A stretch of 64,000 nt of DNA, taken from assembly GCA_963693365.1 (NCBI GenBank), contig CAVNZM010000005.1, positions 6,269,167 through 6,333,166 on the forward strand, in the 5' to 3' direction. Shown here one piece after another: positions 14,954-24,491 of this stretch (its first letter is position 1; the number at the start of each line of letters is the position of its first letter). The position numbers and the translations under genes were made by a program. The notes under the pieces were generated by a model. The model was not told where the DNA came from. It made no database searches and worked only from the letters and a program-made list of their open reading frames with translations. The DNA is from Amoebidium appalachense. Lineage: Eukaryota > Protista > Ichthyosporea.

Positions 14954-16259
14954 TTTTTTTCTTTTGACTGGATTTATTCGACGGAAAGATATGACAAGTA
15001 TGCACGGCATACTGAGAAGACAAGAAAAAAACTTCACGAGTTATCCAGTAACAAGTGCATACTGAGATACCTGAACACTGTGTGAAAATCATATAAATAC
15101 TCAATGTGACGACCAACAGAATTCAACAAAAAGTCTAAAGTGTTCACATTGCCAGCTAGTGTAGCAGATACCCGGAGGGAAAGAGGTAAAACGCGACATA
15201 AAAATTCACACCTATCAACATGCTTGCGATTAAAAAGGTCAGCACAAAAGTGGCACCAGCGGCGATGAAAACAAGAATTACAGCGCCACTGCACAACTTC
15301 CCAGGCAATATCAACATCAGAGCACCATACAGACTTATCTACTAGGGTGGTATCCATACGTACAGCAGGAGAAATGTATCCTGCCAAAGCTCCCAAAAAG
15401 CGATAATGATCAGTACGGTGTTGCCTAAGGAACATAACACATGCCGACTGAGTTTTACCTTTGATTTCTCTATCAGAACGAGAAAGAAACTTATACTGCG
15501 TATGGTAATAACGCGAAAAGGCAGAAAAAACAGGAAGAGAAAAGAAAGAGGGAGTGAGATAGCGAGAGGAAGAATCAGGTGGAAAGAGGGTAGGCTGAGG
15601 ACATTCAGAAGTAGCGTTGGTGAATCGGGGGGAAGAGGGATGGAGGGAGGGGGGGGAAAGAAAGCATAAAGAGGATGACCATCAGGTAGCCTAACTAAAT
15701 GAAAACAAAAACGAAGAGACAATTCCTCCATACGACAAACAGCAGACGACAATCCAAACATACTGATTAAGGGAGGCACAAACCGAGTACGAAACAAAGT
15801 GCGTAGCGCAGTACCCTGAAAATCGTCGAACTCGTTCAGCGCCATTGCCGCCTCGCGAGGTGGGGCGCAGGCCAATAGCGGAAGTCCATATTCGAAAGTC
15901 GGCCGTAAAAAAGTTTTATAGTAGAGAAGAAGGTTCGCAGGATGGATCACAGACTCCTGTTGAAACATATTTGACACGATGTGAAGCTTACCCTTCGCAC
16001 GAGCGATCCGTGCTGTGAGGAGCTTGCGGAAATCAATACCCCGTGCAGTAAAAGGAATACCCAAATAGTCATAGGTGCTCTGAACAGGAATAGGAAGGCC
16101 GGCCAATCGAAAGGAAGTGTTCTTCGAAAAAGTAGCACACTTTGCAATTCCGACTGTCATGAAATTCTCGGTGCACCATTGATCCACCTGACGAAGCATC
16201 TGGTGCATGACATCTTCGGTTAAGGAACAAAGAACAATATCGTCCGCAAAAATCGAATC
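14954..16259 (-). pseudogene. 5'-truncated non-LTR retrotransposon (RT C-terminal half, frameshifted) with A-rich 3' tail
   Basis: Minus strand starts DSIFADDIVL, then YDYLGIP and YKTFLRPTFEYG. Frameshift near 15400 into VQWRCNSC...FNRKHVDRC...NTLDFLLN. Tail AATAAATCCAGTCAAAAGAAAAAAA; candidate TSD ATATT. Confidence 0.88.
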
Positions 16260-16649
16260 ATATTCAGGGGATGGACCAAAAATGACATATCATAAATATC
16301 TTTCAGGGCACGCCGGATATATCATGACTGTAAAATCGAGATATATCCCTTGTTTCCAATGTAAAAATATTTATGAAAAACTCAACAAAAAGTTACAGAA
16401 AACTCTTATTTCGCACTTCCTGCACTGCCAAATCTTCTGTTCTAGCCTAAAAATGGCCTAAAGGCGACCGGATTGCTTTGGATTGCCCTTAGATGGACGA
16501 CCTTGGGGTATATGCTCTCCGTGAGGATCTCACCAAAATAGCGGAAATCGGAACAAATTCCCGTTTATTTCCTTATTTGGGTAAAAGTAGGGATATTTTT
16601 CGTGATATTCAGGGTAAAAAAGCGGGATATTTCGACTTGATATTCAGGT

Positions 16650-16795
16650 GGGGGTTTACGCTGTTTACTCGAGGCAAAGAGAACCAGTCTCAGGTATGGG
16701 GGGGGGGGTTTTTGCTCGGAATATCCCCTCAGCGGTATATCATGATCACGTACATAGATGTCGGGTGGTGACTATATATCAGGGTTTACTTTCTC
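16650..16795 (+). repeat. 146-bp dispersed repeat, copy 1
   Basis: Near-identical (one G/T difference at the end of the G run) to 49672-49817. Confidence 0.9.
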
Positions 16796-16844
16796 TACGA
16801 GACACCATAAAGACTACAAGGAGAAATCAATTAGTTGGGGTTCC

Positions 16845-16877
<33 letters not shown>

Positions 16878-16909
16878 GGGCTCCCCTCGGGACACTCGGT
16901 ATCAGCTGG

Positions 16910-16960
<51 letters not shown>

Positions 16961-16980
16961 TGTGTGTGTGTGCGCGTGCG

Positions 16981-19900
16981 CTATAATTTTGTAGTGATGT
17001 GTTTCTCAAGCCAATCAATACATCTAATAAACAGGTCGTAGTTACGCGTGTTTAGTATAAAATCAAGGATGTTGTAATTTACAGGTAGGCTATCTTTCTG
17101 GGTGTCTGTTGTGAATGTGACGTGTGTGTGTTGCGGTATTATGTGGTCTATCAAACTACATTTGGCGATACATGACCGGTTAAACTGGTGTGTGTGTGTG
17201 TTGTTTGGGCATGCAAATGATGCCACCTTATACTTATTAGATCTCCACTGTATAGCACGTGTACAGTAAAAGCGTGGTAATTGATCAATAATACCATCAG
17301 CTAGAGAAAGACCAGTTCTACAGGAAGGTAATATGTATTTAGGTGTTATACACTTGCGAGTGCCATATTTGGCAATATGGTTGAGGCGGTCAGTATATAT
17401 AAAACGAGACATAAGGCTTAGTTTTTCAAGGTGTATGCTTTCATCGGGTCTAGTGTCGTGTGGTATCTTTTTCCATTTGTTATATTGCGTGATTATCTTG
17501 TGATTGTGTACATGTTTAATAAGTAAGTGGCAGTCCAAAGTCACACACACACTATTGCGGGGTTTATTTGTATTTGTGCCCAGGGGAGAAGGGGAGAGAG
17601 AGGGGAGGAAAGAGGGGAGAGGTGAGGAGGGGACAGGTCGGATAGAGAAGAGAGGGTGGGAGGGCAAATACTTCTTTAAGCGGCTTATGTGCTTATTGAA
17701 TTTCAGCGCGAGATAGGATACTCTAGCAGCTATTGGGACCAGACCATATATCGAGAGCGTTACAGGCCCAGGTTTACAACAGTTGTTAGATAGAAAGGAG
17801 GCAACTTCTGCTTCAAGGAAATTTGCCAAGGGTTTAAGCGCTCTAGTTCTCTCTTTCTTGATCCAAGCGGCGAGAAGGGGTAAACCATATTCACATGCCG
17901 GGAAGACAAAAGTGCGAATAAATGTAAGTCTAATAGAAGGATGGAGGGGTGTGTCTTTAAAAATATTAGCCGAGAAGAAAGCTAACCGCTTACGAGCCAA
18001 CTCTACCCTCTTTTCGACCATATGGGGAAACATAACACCAACAGAATCAACCGGAACACCAAGATATTTGTATTCTGGAACTATAGGTACAGGTTTAGAT
18101 GATAATGTAAATGTGTGTAAATTGTTAGCTATATCAGGTACAAGAACACCACATTTGTCTATGTTAAGGATCATAAGGTTTGCCTTGCACCACTCTGACA
18201 CTACATCGAACAATCTTTGCAGGCGTCTAGGGGTACGGGCAAGGAGGGACAGATCATCAGCATAGAGAAGTGCAGGCGGAAAGTTATTAATAGGGTCATC
18301 GTTTTCGGCGTAAATCTTGACAGCCAAATCATCTATAAATAGGTTAAACAAAAAGGGGCTAAGCAATGAACCCTGCAAGAGACCTCTAGTACGAGCAAAA
18401 CCATATGAAAGATGCCCATTAACCACAGCTCTACCATAGGTTTGAGACAAGAGTGCTTCTAACAGAACACCAATGCAGTGTGGTACACCCCGTGCAGCAA
18501 GCTTTTCCCATAGGAGACCAGGGGAGACAGAATCGTAAGCAGTTTTCCAATCAATAAAGCCAACATATTGTGCACCAACTTGCATAGAATCGTGCAGTGC
18601 CATTATTTGAACATAACATGAATTGTTTTTACGAAAAGCGGATTGGCATGGGTGTATGTGAAGAATAGATTGAAACCTAGGGTGATGTGCAAATAACCTA
18701 AGTAAGCAAGCTTCAAAGAATCTACGAACAACCTGGGTTAGTGTAATGGGGCGAAAGGATGATATGGGGCCCTCAGAGTCCTTCTTAACTATGGGGATCA
18801 CTAAGGTATCTAACCAAGATGACGGGACATGTCCACATTTAACACACCAAGAAAAGAGAGAGCTTAACATGATAGTAAGATCAGGTTTAATAGCACGATC
18901 ACTTTCCTTTTGTGGGTAGGAGGGAACAAGGATTTTAAGAAACCCAGCAGGGAGTCCATCAGGTCCACAAGACTTACTAGAGCTATAACTAGATATCACA
19001 GACCATATGGCATCGGGACTGAAAAAGGGGAGGATCGATTCTATGGGGATAGATGGGTCTACAGGCCACACAATAGGTTTCTGAGCGGGGGTCCTATCTT
19101 TAAACAGTTCCGAGAAATACTTATCAGAGTCTATGAGGGGGTCTCCAGTGGTATCACCAATAATACGAGCAGGGGGGCCAAATCGATTCATACTAGCAAG
19201 CCGGCGCAAGCTTTCCTTTTGAGACAGGGGTTCACCTAGTCTAGCGGGAGTGGTGTTTGGTAACAAGAGAGCATCGGGGTATTCCTTCCTACCACCGCCA
19301 GCATAATCACCGAGATCTATCAAATCATCAACAATAAAGTTAGTGCATGTATCTAGTACGAGATGTGAATCTGGCCTGGCTTGTGCAGATTCTAATAGGC
19401 GCATATATATAGGGTGTTTCGTAGCATAGCATACACATACATCAACTCTACCCCACTGTGACTTAAGCTGGGATAGACGGAGGCGAAAGGTGGGAGGGGG
19501 AGGGGGGAGCAGATCAAGGGAGATCTTAGGTAGGAAAAAGATAGGAGAGTGGTCAGATGACCTAGAGAGGTTAGGAGGGAGAGAGAGTTTTGACATGGTT
19601 GATGGCCAAAAGGCCACTCCCCAGTCGGTGTTGTGGGCATGGGATATTTGAGGGAACCGCAAAGTGTGACTTTGGACATACCTTGCTAAAGGGATAGCAC
19701 GCTCCGGGGGCTTAGATGGGTACCCGACACTCACTTGCAGTGTGTCTGTGTGGTGGAGTCGCGTGTTAAAATCACCTAAAATAACAGTGGACATTGGTAA
19801 CTGTGACAACTCGTGAGTCAATTCGACAACCGACATAGATGGTGGGTAATATACAAAAGTAAAAACATTAGAAAGAAACTCTATAGAAACCGAGAATTCC

Positions 19901-20175
19901 GTTTTTGCTACCGGTTTGCACTTCACTCTCACGTGTGGTGCGGCAAGTACAATAATGCCTCGGTTTTTCGCGTAACCGGGGTGTGTGGATGTGTCGACCA
20001 ATGTAGAGTTGAATTTGTGGTGGTTTTTAAACTGTGTTTCGCAAATCACTGTAAACGTGTGGTTGTTTGTCTGTTGTTGTATGTAGCTGATTTTATCGTC
20101 GAGTGTCCCGGGGGGGAGGCCCTTTTGGGGGCCCAGTGTCCGAGCATTCCAGAAGAAGAAGGATAAATTAGGCAT
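16981..20175 (-). CDS. LINE ORF2: apurinic-like endonuclease + reverse transcriptase, 1064 aa
   Basis: APE motifs FFFWNARTL, ICETQ, VILGDFN, SSDHSPI. RT motifs GPDGLP, FRPITL, QSAFR, FIDWKTAYDSV, GLLQGSLLSPFLFNLFIDDL, LLYADD, YKYLGV. Cys/His C-terminal region. Confidence 0.97.
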   Translation of the reverse strand: MPNLSFFFWNARTLGPQKGLPPGTLDDKISYIQQQTNNHTFTVICETQFKNHHKFNSTLVDTSTHPGYAKNRGIIVLAAPHVRVKCKPVAKTEFSVSIEFLSNVFTFVYYPPSMSVVELTHELSQLPMSTVILGDFNTRLHHTDTLQVSVGYPSKPPERAIPLARYVQSHTLRFPQISHAHNTDWGVAFWPSTMSKLSLPPNLSRSSDHSPIFFLPKISLDLLPPPPPTFRLRLSQLKSQWGRVDVCVCYATKHPIYMRLLESAQARPDSHLVLDTCTNFIVDDLIDLGDYAGGGRKEYPDALLLPNTTPARLGEPLSQKESLRRLASMNRFGPPARIIGDTTGDPLIDSDKYFSELFKDRTPAQKPIVWPVDPSIPIESILPFFSPDAIWSVISSYSSSKSCGPDGLPAGFLKILVPSYPQKESDRAIKPDLTIMLSSLFSWCVKCGHVPSSWLDTLVIPIVKKDSEGPISSFRPITLTQVVRRFFEACLLRLFAHHPRFQSILHIHPCQSAFRKNNSCYVQIMALHDSMQVGAQYVGFIDWKTAYDSVSPGLLWEKLAARGVPHCIGVLLEALLSQTYGRAVVNGHLSYGFARTRGLLQGSLLSPFLFNLFIDDLAVKIYAENDDPINNFPPALLYADDLSLLARTPRRLQRLFDVVSEWCKANLMILNIDKCGVLVPDIANNLHTFTLSSKPVPIVPEYKYLGVPVDSVGVMFPHMVEKRVELARKRLAFFSANIFKDTPLHPSIRLTFIRTFVFPACEYGLPLLAAWIKKERTRALKPLANFLEAEVASFLSNNCCKPGPVTLSIYGLVPIAARVSYLALKFNKHISRLKKYLPSHPLFSIRPVPSSPLPSFLPSLSPSPLGTNTNKPRNSVCVTLDCHLLIKHVHNHKIITQYNKWKKIPHDTRPDESIHLEKLSLMSRFIYTDRLNHIAKYGTRKCITPKYILPSCRTGLSLADGIIDQLPRFYCTRAIQWRSNKYKVASFACPNNTHTHQFNRSCIAKCSLIDHIIPQHTHVTFTTDTQKDSLPVNYNILDFILNTRNYDLFIRCIDWLEKHITTKL

Positions 20176-21352
20176 CGGTTTGGTCCGACACCTGTGGGGT
20201 TGGTTCCCACTTGTCGCTTACGGGGTCGTATGCACGACCTTCCGCCAGCGCGAACAGTTCGCAGAAGAGCTCGATTTCCATCTCGCATCGGCGTTTGCGC
20301 TCGAGCAGTTTCTCACCAGAAAACATTGGTTCCTTCGTGTCCGTGTCTATCACGCTCGTAGCATCGTTTTCCAACTTTGCGAGGAACTCTTTTGCCTTGC
20401 TGATGCGTACACGACAACGTGTGGCGCACGCATTCTTAGCAGACACTTTACGTTCTTTGTCTGCTTTCTGAATGTTTTCCGGCGCGCATGGGTCGTAGCT
20501 TGGGAGGTGGGTGAAGAAGCTTCCACACCCCTTTGTCGCGTCACGGATGAACGCACGGTTATAGTCGCCCCGTACTGCTACTTCCAGCACATCGTATCCA
20601 ATGAAGGACAGACAAAGGATGCGAGAGCACCGGAAGCCGAGAGCCTTGAAGATGGACCACATGGCCCTGTGTGGGCGTCTGCCGTGCTTGACTTTGAAAT
20701 ACACCCTCTCGTATTTGGGTGGGATGTTGATGTTACCGTTTGCTTGGGTGTTCCCCTTAGCCGGCGGTTTGGGAGGGGAGTTGCGGCGGTACTCGTTGCC
20801 TGCAAGAATGCTGGCATATGTTTCCTTGGCAATTTGGCGGAGCTCGGGTGTTTTACGAGAGTTCGCATATTCTAGGAACTCTGCCGGGAGCTGTGCTTCC
20901 GGTCCTGTGTTGTTTTGTGTTGGGGTGGAAATGTCTCCGTCGCGAGATGTTTGCTCATGAGTTTTGGGGTTTTGCGATCCACTAATGTTTAGCTGGGCTG
21001 TGAGTGAATCAATGGTGAGCTTGAGTTGGGTATTTTCTGTTTGGAGTTTTTCTATCATGTTCTTGAGTGGTAACAGCTCATTTAGCTGTTTCTTAACGAG
21101 GGCAAGTTCTGCCAGTACTGTATCAACCGAAAGTTTCGGCATGGTTGTTATTGTGTTTCTACGGAGTGGTGTGGTGTTATTCTGAATGGGTAGTGTATTG
21201 TAAATAGGTGTTGCGCTTAGTCTAAGGCGATGTTTTTCTGGTTGTGCATCTGTGGTAGGTGTATCTGCTGGACGTTTTAATGGTCGCACATGTGTGATGG
21301 GTGTAGATGGAACTTTGAAAGAGGTTCTGAAACGATTATAGGCATGTGCCAT
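20168..21352 (-). CDS. LINE ORF1 (coiled coil + conserved RIL..SFIG..VLEV..DY..YDP domain), 394 aa
   Basis: Intact ORF directly upstream of ORF2 and overlapping it by 8 nt (ATGCCTAA); heptad region LAELALVKKQLNEL...LQTENTQLKLTIDSLTAQL. Confidence 0.85.
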   Translation of the reverse strand: MAHAYNRFRTSFKVPSTPITHVRPLKRPADTPTTDAQPEKHRLRLSATPIYNTLPIQNNTTPLRRNTITTMPKLSVDTVLAELALVKKQLNELLPLKNMIEKLQTENTQLKLTIDSLTAQLNISGSQNPKTHEQTSRDGDISTPTQNNTGPEAQLPAEFLEYANSRKTPELRQIAKETYASILAGNEYRRNSPPKPPAKGNTQANGNINIPPKYERVYFKVKHGRRPHRAMWSIFKALGFRCSRILCLSFIGYDVLEVAVRGDYNRAFIRDATKGCGSFFTHLPSYDPCAPENIQKADKERKVSAKNACATRCRVRISKAKEFLAKLENDATSVIDTDTKEPMFSGEKLLERKRRCEMEIELFCELFALAEGRAYDPVSDKWEPTPQVSDQTDA

Positions 21353-21458
21353 GACATGGATGGGGGTGTTCCCCGGCCCTTAGGGCCACGGATGGCCTGG
21401 TTTAGGGGTGGATGCGCGAAGGATACTATTTATTAGCAGATAATAAAGAGCGACATTT

Positions 21459-21543
21459 GAATCGATGTGTGCGACTGAATCGATGTGTGCGACTGAATCG
21501 ATGTGTGCGACTGAATCGATGTGTGCGACTGAATCGATGTGTG
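21459..21543. repeat. 18-bp tandem repeat (GAATCGATGTGTGCGACT) x about 4.7
   Basis: Directly visible; preceded by AATAAA at about 21442 and abutting TGATATTCAGGT. Confidence 0.92.
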
Positions 21544-21619
21544 ATATTCAGGTCAAAGTCGAGATATTTTTGATATATCCCGTGATATTCAGGAGCCTTA
21601 AGATATTTCCAAAAGATAA

Positions 21620-22567
21620 CTTCACTTTCACTTCGATCTCTTAGCTGTCACGTCAACTTTTCCCCCCGATTCTTCACCATGGCAGGTATATAAAGGCTTT
21701 CCGAGTCGTTTCTTCTTTTTTGTGGTGGGAGGGAGTCCCACTCAGGGGAACGTGAGTGCAGCGTAGCGAGTGTGTGATGACATTGTGGCCAGGCTGGTGT
21801 ATTCCTACTGCTGTGAGAGTGTGGGGGCATCTCCCTTTCGCGGAGTTTCTCGCTTGAGAAGTGGTTTCTTCAACGCCTGGTGTACCACTGCAACCCACGG
21901 TAACTTCTACACGCTGTCTATGCTTCTACACGACCTATTGGCGGTGGGCTGCTGCAACTTCAAGTTCCTGAATCAGCTACTTCGTGAGTGGAGGGCCGGG
22001 GCGGCTACTGGGTCGTCGGGGAGCTTTCCCAGTGACTGCCAGTTCTTAGCCTCCAGTCGTAATACTATGGCAATGACCGGGTTTGCTTGCATGCATTCTG
22101 TAATTGTGTTTTCCTGTGTGTCCTGCCACAACCTAGTAGGCCACCTTATCAGGGAGCTAGATGCAGTTTCTGCGGGGTTTCTAGGGGCTGGGCCCGTGGG
22201 CCCGGGGATTGTTTTCTTGTTCGGATTTGGTCTGCATTGCTCTTTAATAAACTTTGGGCTGACTTGCTTGCTGTGCCCCGGTAGGTTTTGAGGGGGGCCT
22301 GTTGGGAAGCAGCAGTAATGATGTCTTCCTGCGGAGTGTGGTCTGGTCAACATCGCTGCATATGACTAGTTGGAGCAAACTAGTTTCACGCATACACGTG
22401 CACTTGTCCCTTTGCCAGCTGGTGTCCTTTGGTCACTTGCTGTTTTATTTTATTTCATACCTTGGCTTTTTCGAATTCGGTTATTCTGGCCATGGTGGTC
22501 ATGTAGCCTGTGGCTGCACGTTGCCTTCGTATCAACTGATCAATAAATCCCAGTCAAGAGAAAAAAA
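21620..22567 (+). mobile_element. Third insertion in the MULE-like element, ending in a LINE-type 3' tail
   Basis: Ends CAATAAATCCCAGTCAAGAGAAAAAAAA, like the tail of the 14954-16259 fragment. Flanks AAAGATAA|...|ATAATCAGGGG rejoin into a GATA(A)TCAGG motif. The interior is degenerate. Confidence 0.5.
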
Positions 22568-22937
22568 ATAATCAGGGGCTTTTGCCGGGATATTTTTGTG
22601 ATATTCAGGACAACATTCGATATTTTCGTGATAAATCCCGAAACATGTTCAGGGCAAAAACCGGGATGTTTTTGCAAGGGCCTAGTCACATTTATTTGAT
22701 ATCAGTAAGGCGTTTGTAGTAAGGCCCTGCGTTTGGTAATCTGAAAAGCTGCTCTGGAATGCAGGACTGTTACCGAACTAACAAGCCAATCAGCGGGGGC
22801 TTCCCAAGTATCACAGATAATTATTATGATCGTCATTTGATATCGATGTGCATTCAGCATCAGCGCTTCTAACATTATTCTCTCTTAGGGTTCACAAATT
22901 ATCACCATTTTTGGCGTCTGCTTGCTCTTCCTGTGAA

Positions 22938-23100
22938 TTTTTTTTTTTTTCTTTTGACTTGGGTTTATTGATCCGTTGATGATGGCAAGTTGTAACGTGC
23001 AGCCACAGGCTACATAACCACCAATAGAACTGAAAAAGCCAAAGCTCAGTACGAAAATTATATTCTGCAAAAATGCAATGAACTAGCTTGATAATCCCGA
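22938..23100 (-). mobile_element. Short 5'-truncated retroposon 3' end, inverted homolog of about 22370-22570
   Basis: Shares TTGGCTTTTTC, GGTGGTYATGTAGCCTGTGGCTGCACGTT and GATCAATAAA...AGTCAA(A/G)AG + poly(A). Confidence 0.75.
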
Positions 23101-23543
23101 AATCTTGGCAGTGGCACAAACAACAAGATAAATAAGTCTCAAGGCATATTCAGCAACATATAGATGTATAATCTAGTAGAAGCACCGTCTTTTTTGGCAT
23201 AGGAAATTATTTTGTGGACTATAATTGCTAGCTAGCCTAGCTTGTAGTACAATACATCTAGGGTTAGAATTACAGGGGGGGTTTCCGATCATATATCAAT
23301 CTGGAGATATCTCAAGGCGTTGTGATTGGTCTGTTAGTTCTTGTACCATAGTGAAATATGATTGGTCAAGGGAAACGAAAGCTCACCTGAATGCAAGCTA
23401 CAAAAGCGCGTCACCACATAAACATCGCCCCACTTTCGGTCTCTTAGTGTCGGACATGCAAGGCTCTTGTACAGTTCTTCGGTTTTGCGCCAAACCACAC
23501 GTTTTGTAGCAGTTTCGTCTGTCTTTTTGGTTATGTTTCAGCC

Positions 23544-24491
23544 ATGATTGTAGTTGAACAGAATCACGTACAGCGCAAGTCTGGGCCACCCGCGACGGAC
23601 AGCGGGAGAAAGCAGATGCTGATGTCACCGTCCTTTGAAGAACCTCCTTTCCAGTACAAACGTGAAGTGAAAATACACAAGGGGGAGAATGAAAGGTTCG
23701 GTCTGTGTCTGTGCACCATTGACAGCAAGATATATGTCCTTTACGTTTGCCAGAAGTGGAAAGTGGGCAAGATGCGTCGTGGAATCCCCACCCCAGCACG
23801 CCGGAGCGGCCTCACATGGGGGGACCAAATTACGCGGGTGAATGATATTTCTGTGTCTGAGTGGGACCCCTACGACCTTGAGGTGGCCCTGGACTGCCGC
23901 AAACGTGTTTCCCTCGAGTATTTGGAGACTCCCCTCCACCGACGTCTCCCCGTCCGTGCGGGCATCGATCGCCTCGGATTGGCGTATATTCATGGCACAA
24001 TCATCGACATTGTTCCTGGGAGCCCCGCGGACTTGGCTGGGATGCGAGTAGGTGAGACGATTGTCGAGATCGACGGAATTTCGTTGCTTGGGTGCTCTGA
24101 CTGGGCGGTTGTGAGGACGGCGGAGGAGGCGCGGTTCTGGTCAAGCACCCCCACCATCACCTTCGTCACTATGCCGGTGCGCGAGGCCAGGCTTTTTGCA
24201 CTTGCGTTGAGAGAGTTGGCGGCTACGGTGCGCGCTTTGAGACTAAGCCGCGGGGAAGCCGCCGGCACCAGCGAGAATTCGGCGGTGGAAGAGAGCAGCA
24301 CCATTGGCGGCGCGAAAAAGAGGGAGGAGGCGACACAGAGAAAGAAAAAGCTTAAGAAGCACGTTAAATGGTATTTGAGGCCCAGGAATCTCGTTCGAAG
24401 GGTTTTTCGTTACCCAAGCCGGCGTCGCTTCATGGGTACTTGTCGCCCGACTGCGAAGAGTCTACTTTGCCCAGCAGCAGTTCCTAATTAA
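23544..24491 (+). CDS. Syntenin-like tandem PDZ protein (intronless)
   Basis: PDZ1 REVKIHKGENERFGLCL...TPARRSGLTWGDQITRVN, short linker ETPLHRRL, PDZ2 RLGLAYIHGTIIDIVPGSPADLAGMRVGETIVEIDG: the syntenin/SDCBP arrangement. CCAAT boxes upstream at about 23323 and 23359. Confidence 0.85.
   Translation: MIVVEQNHVQRKSGPPATDSGRKQMLMSPSFEEPPFQYKREVKIHKGENERFGLCLCTIDSKIYVLYVCQKWKVGKMRRGIPTPARRSGLTWGDQITRVNDISVSEWDPYDLEVALDCRKRVSLEYLETPLHRRLPVRAGIDRLGLAYIHGTIIDIVPGSPADLAGMRVGETIVEIDGISLLGCSDWAVVRTAEEARFWSSTPTITFVTMPVREARLFALALRELAATVRALRLSRGEAAGTSENSAVEESSTIGGAKKREEATQRKKKLKKHVKWYLRPRNLVRRVFRYPSRRRFMGTCRPTAKSLLCPAAVPN

Larger units (their letters stand above)
16847..21367 (-). mobile_element. Essentially full-length non-LTR retrotransposon (ORF1 + APE-RT ORF2, poly(A) tail)
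   Basis: Poly-T 16847-16873 is the poly(A) tail; two intact overlapping ORFs; candidate 7-bp TSD GTTCCCC at 16840-16846 and 21368-21374 (5' boundary uncertain). Confidence 0.9.
14858..22683. mobile_element. Non-autonomous TIR DNA transposon (Mutator/MULE-like) carrying nested insertions
   Basis: TIR GGCCCTTGCAAAAATATCCC (14859-14878) vs GGGATGTTTTTGCAAGGGCC (22663-22682). 10-bp TSD AGTCACATTT at 14848-14857 and 22684-22693. About 10 same-orientation GATATTCAGG-like motifs. No transposase seen. Confidence 0.8.

Noticed and set aside
21459-21543. CRISPR or telomeric repeat
   Set aside because: Spacerless 18-bp tandem repeat internal to a nested TE.
21620-22353. MULE transposase remnant
   Set aside because: No recognisable DDE, SWIM or WRKY motif; multiple stops; left unassigned.
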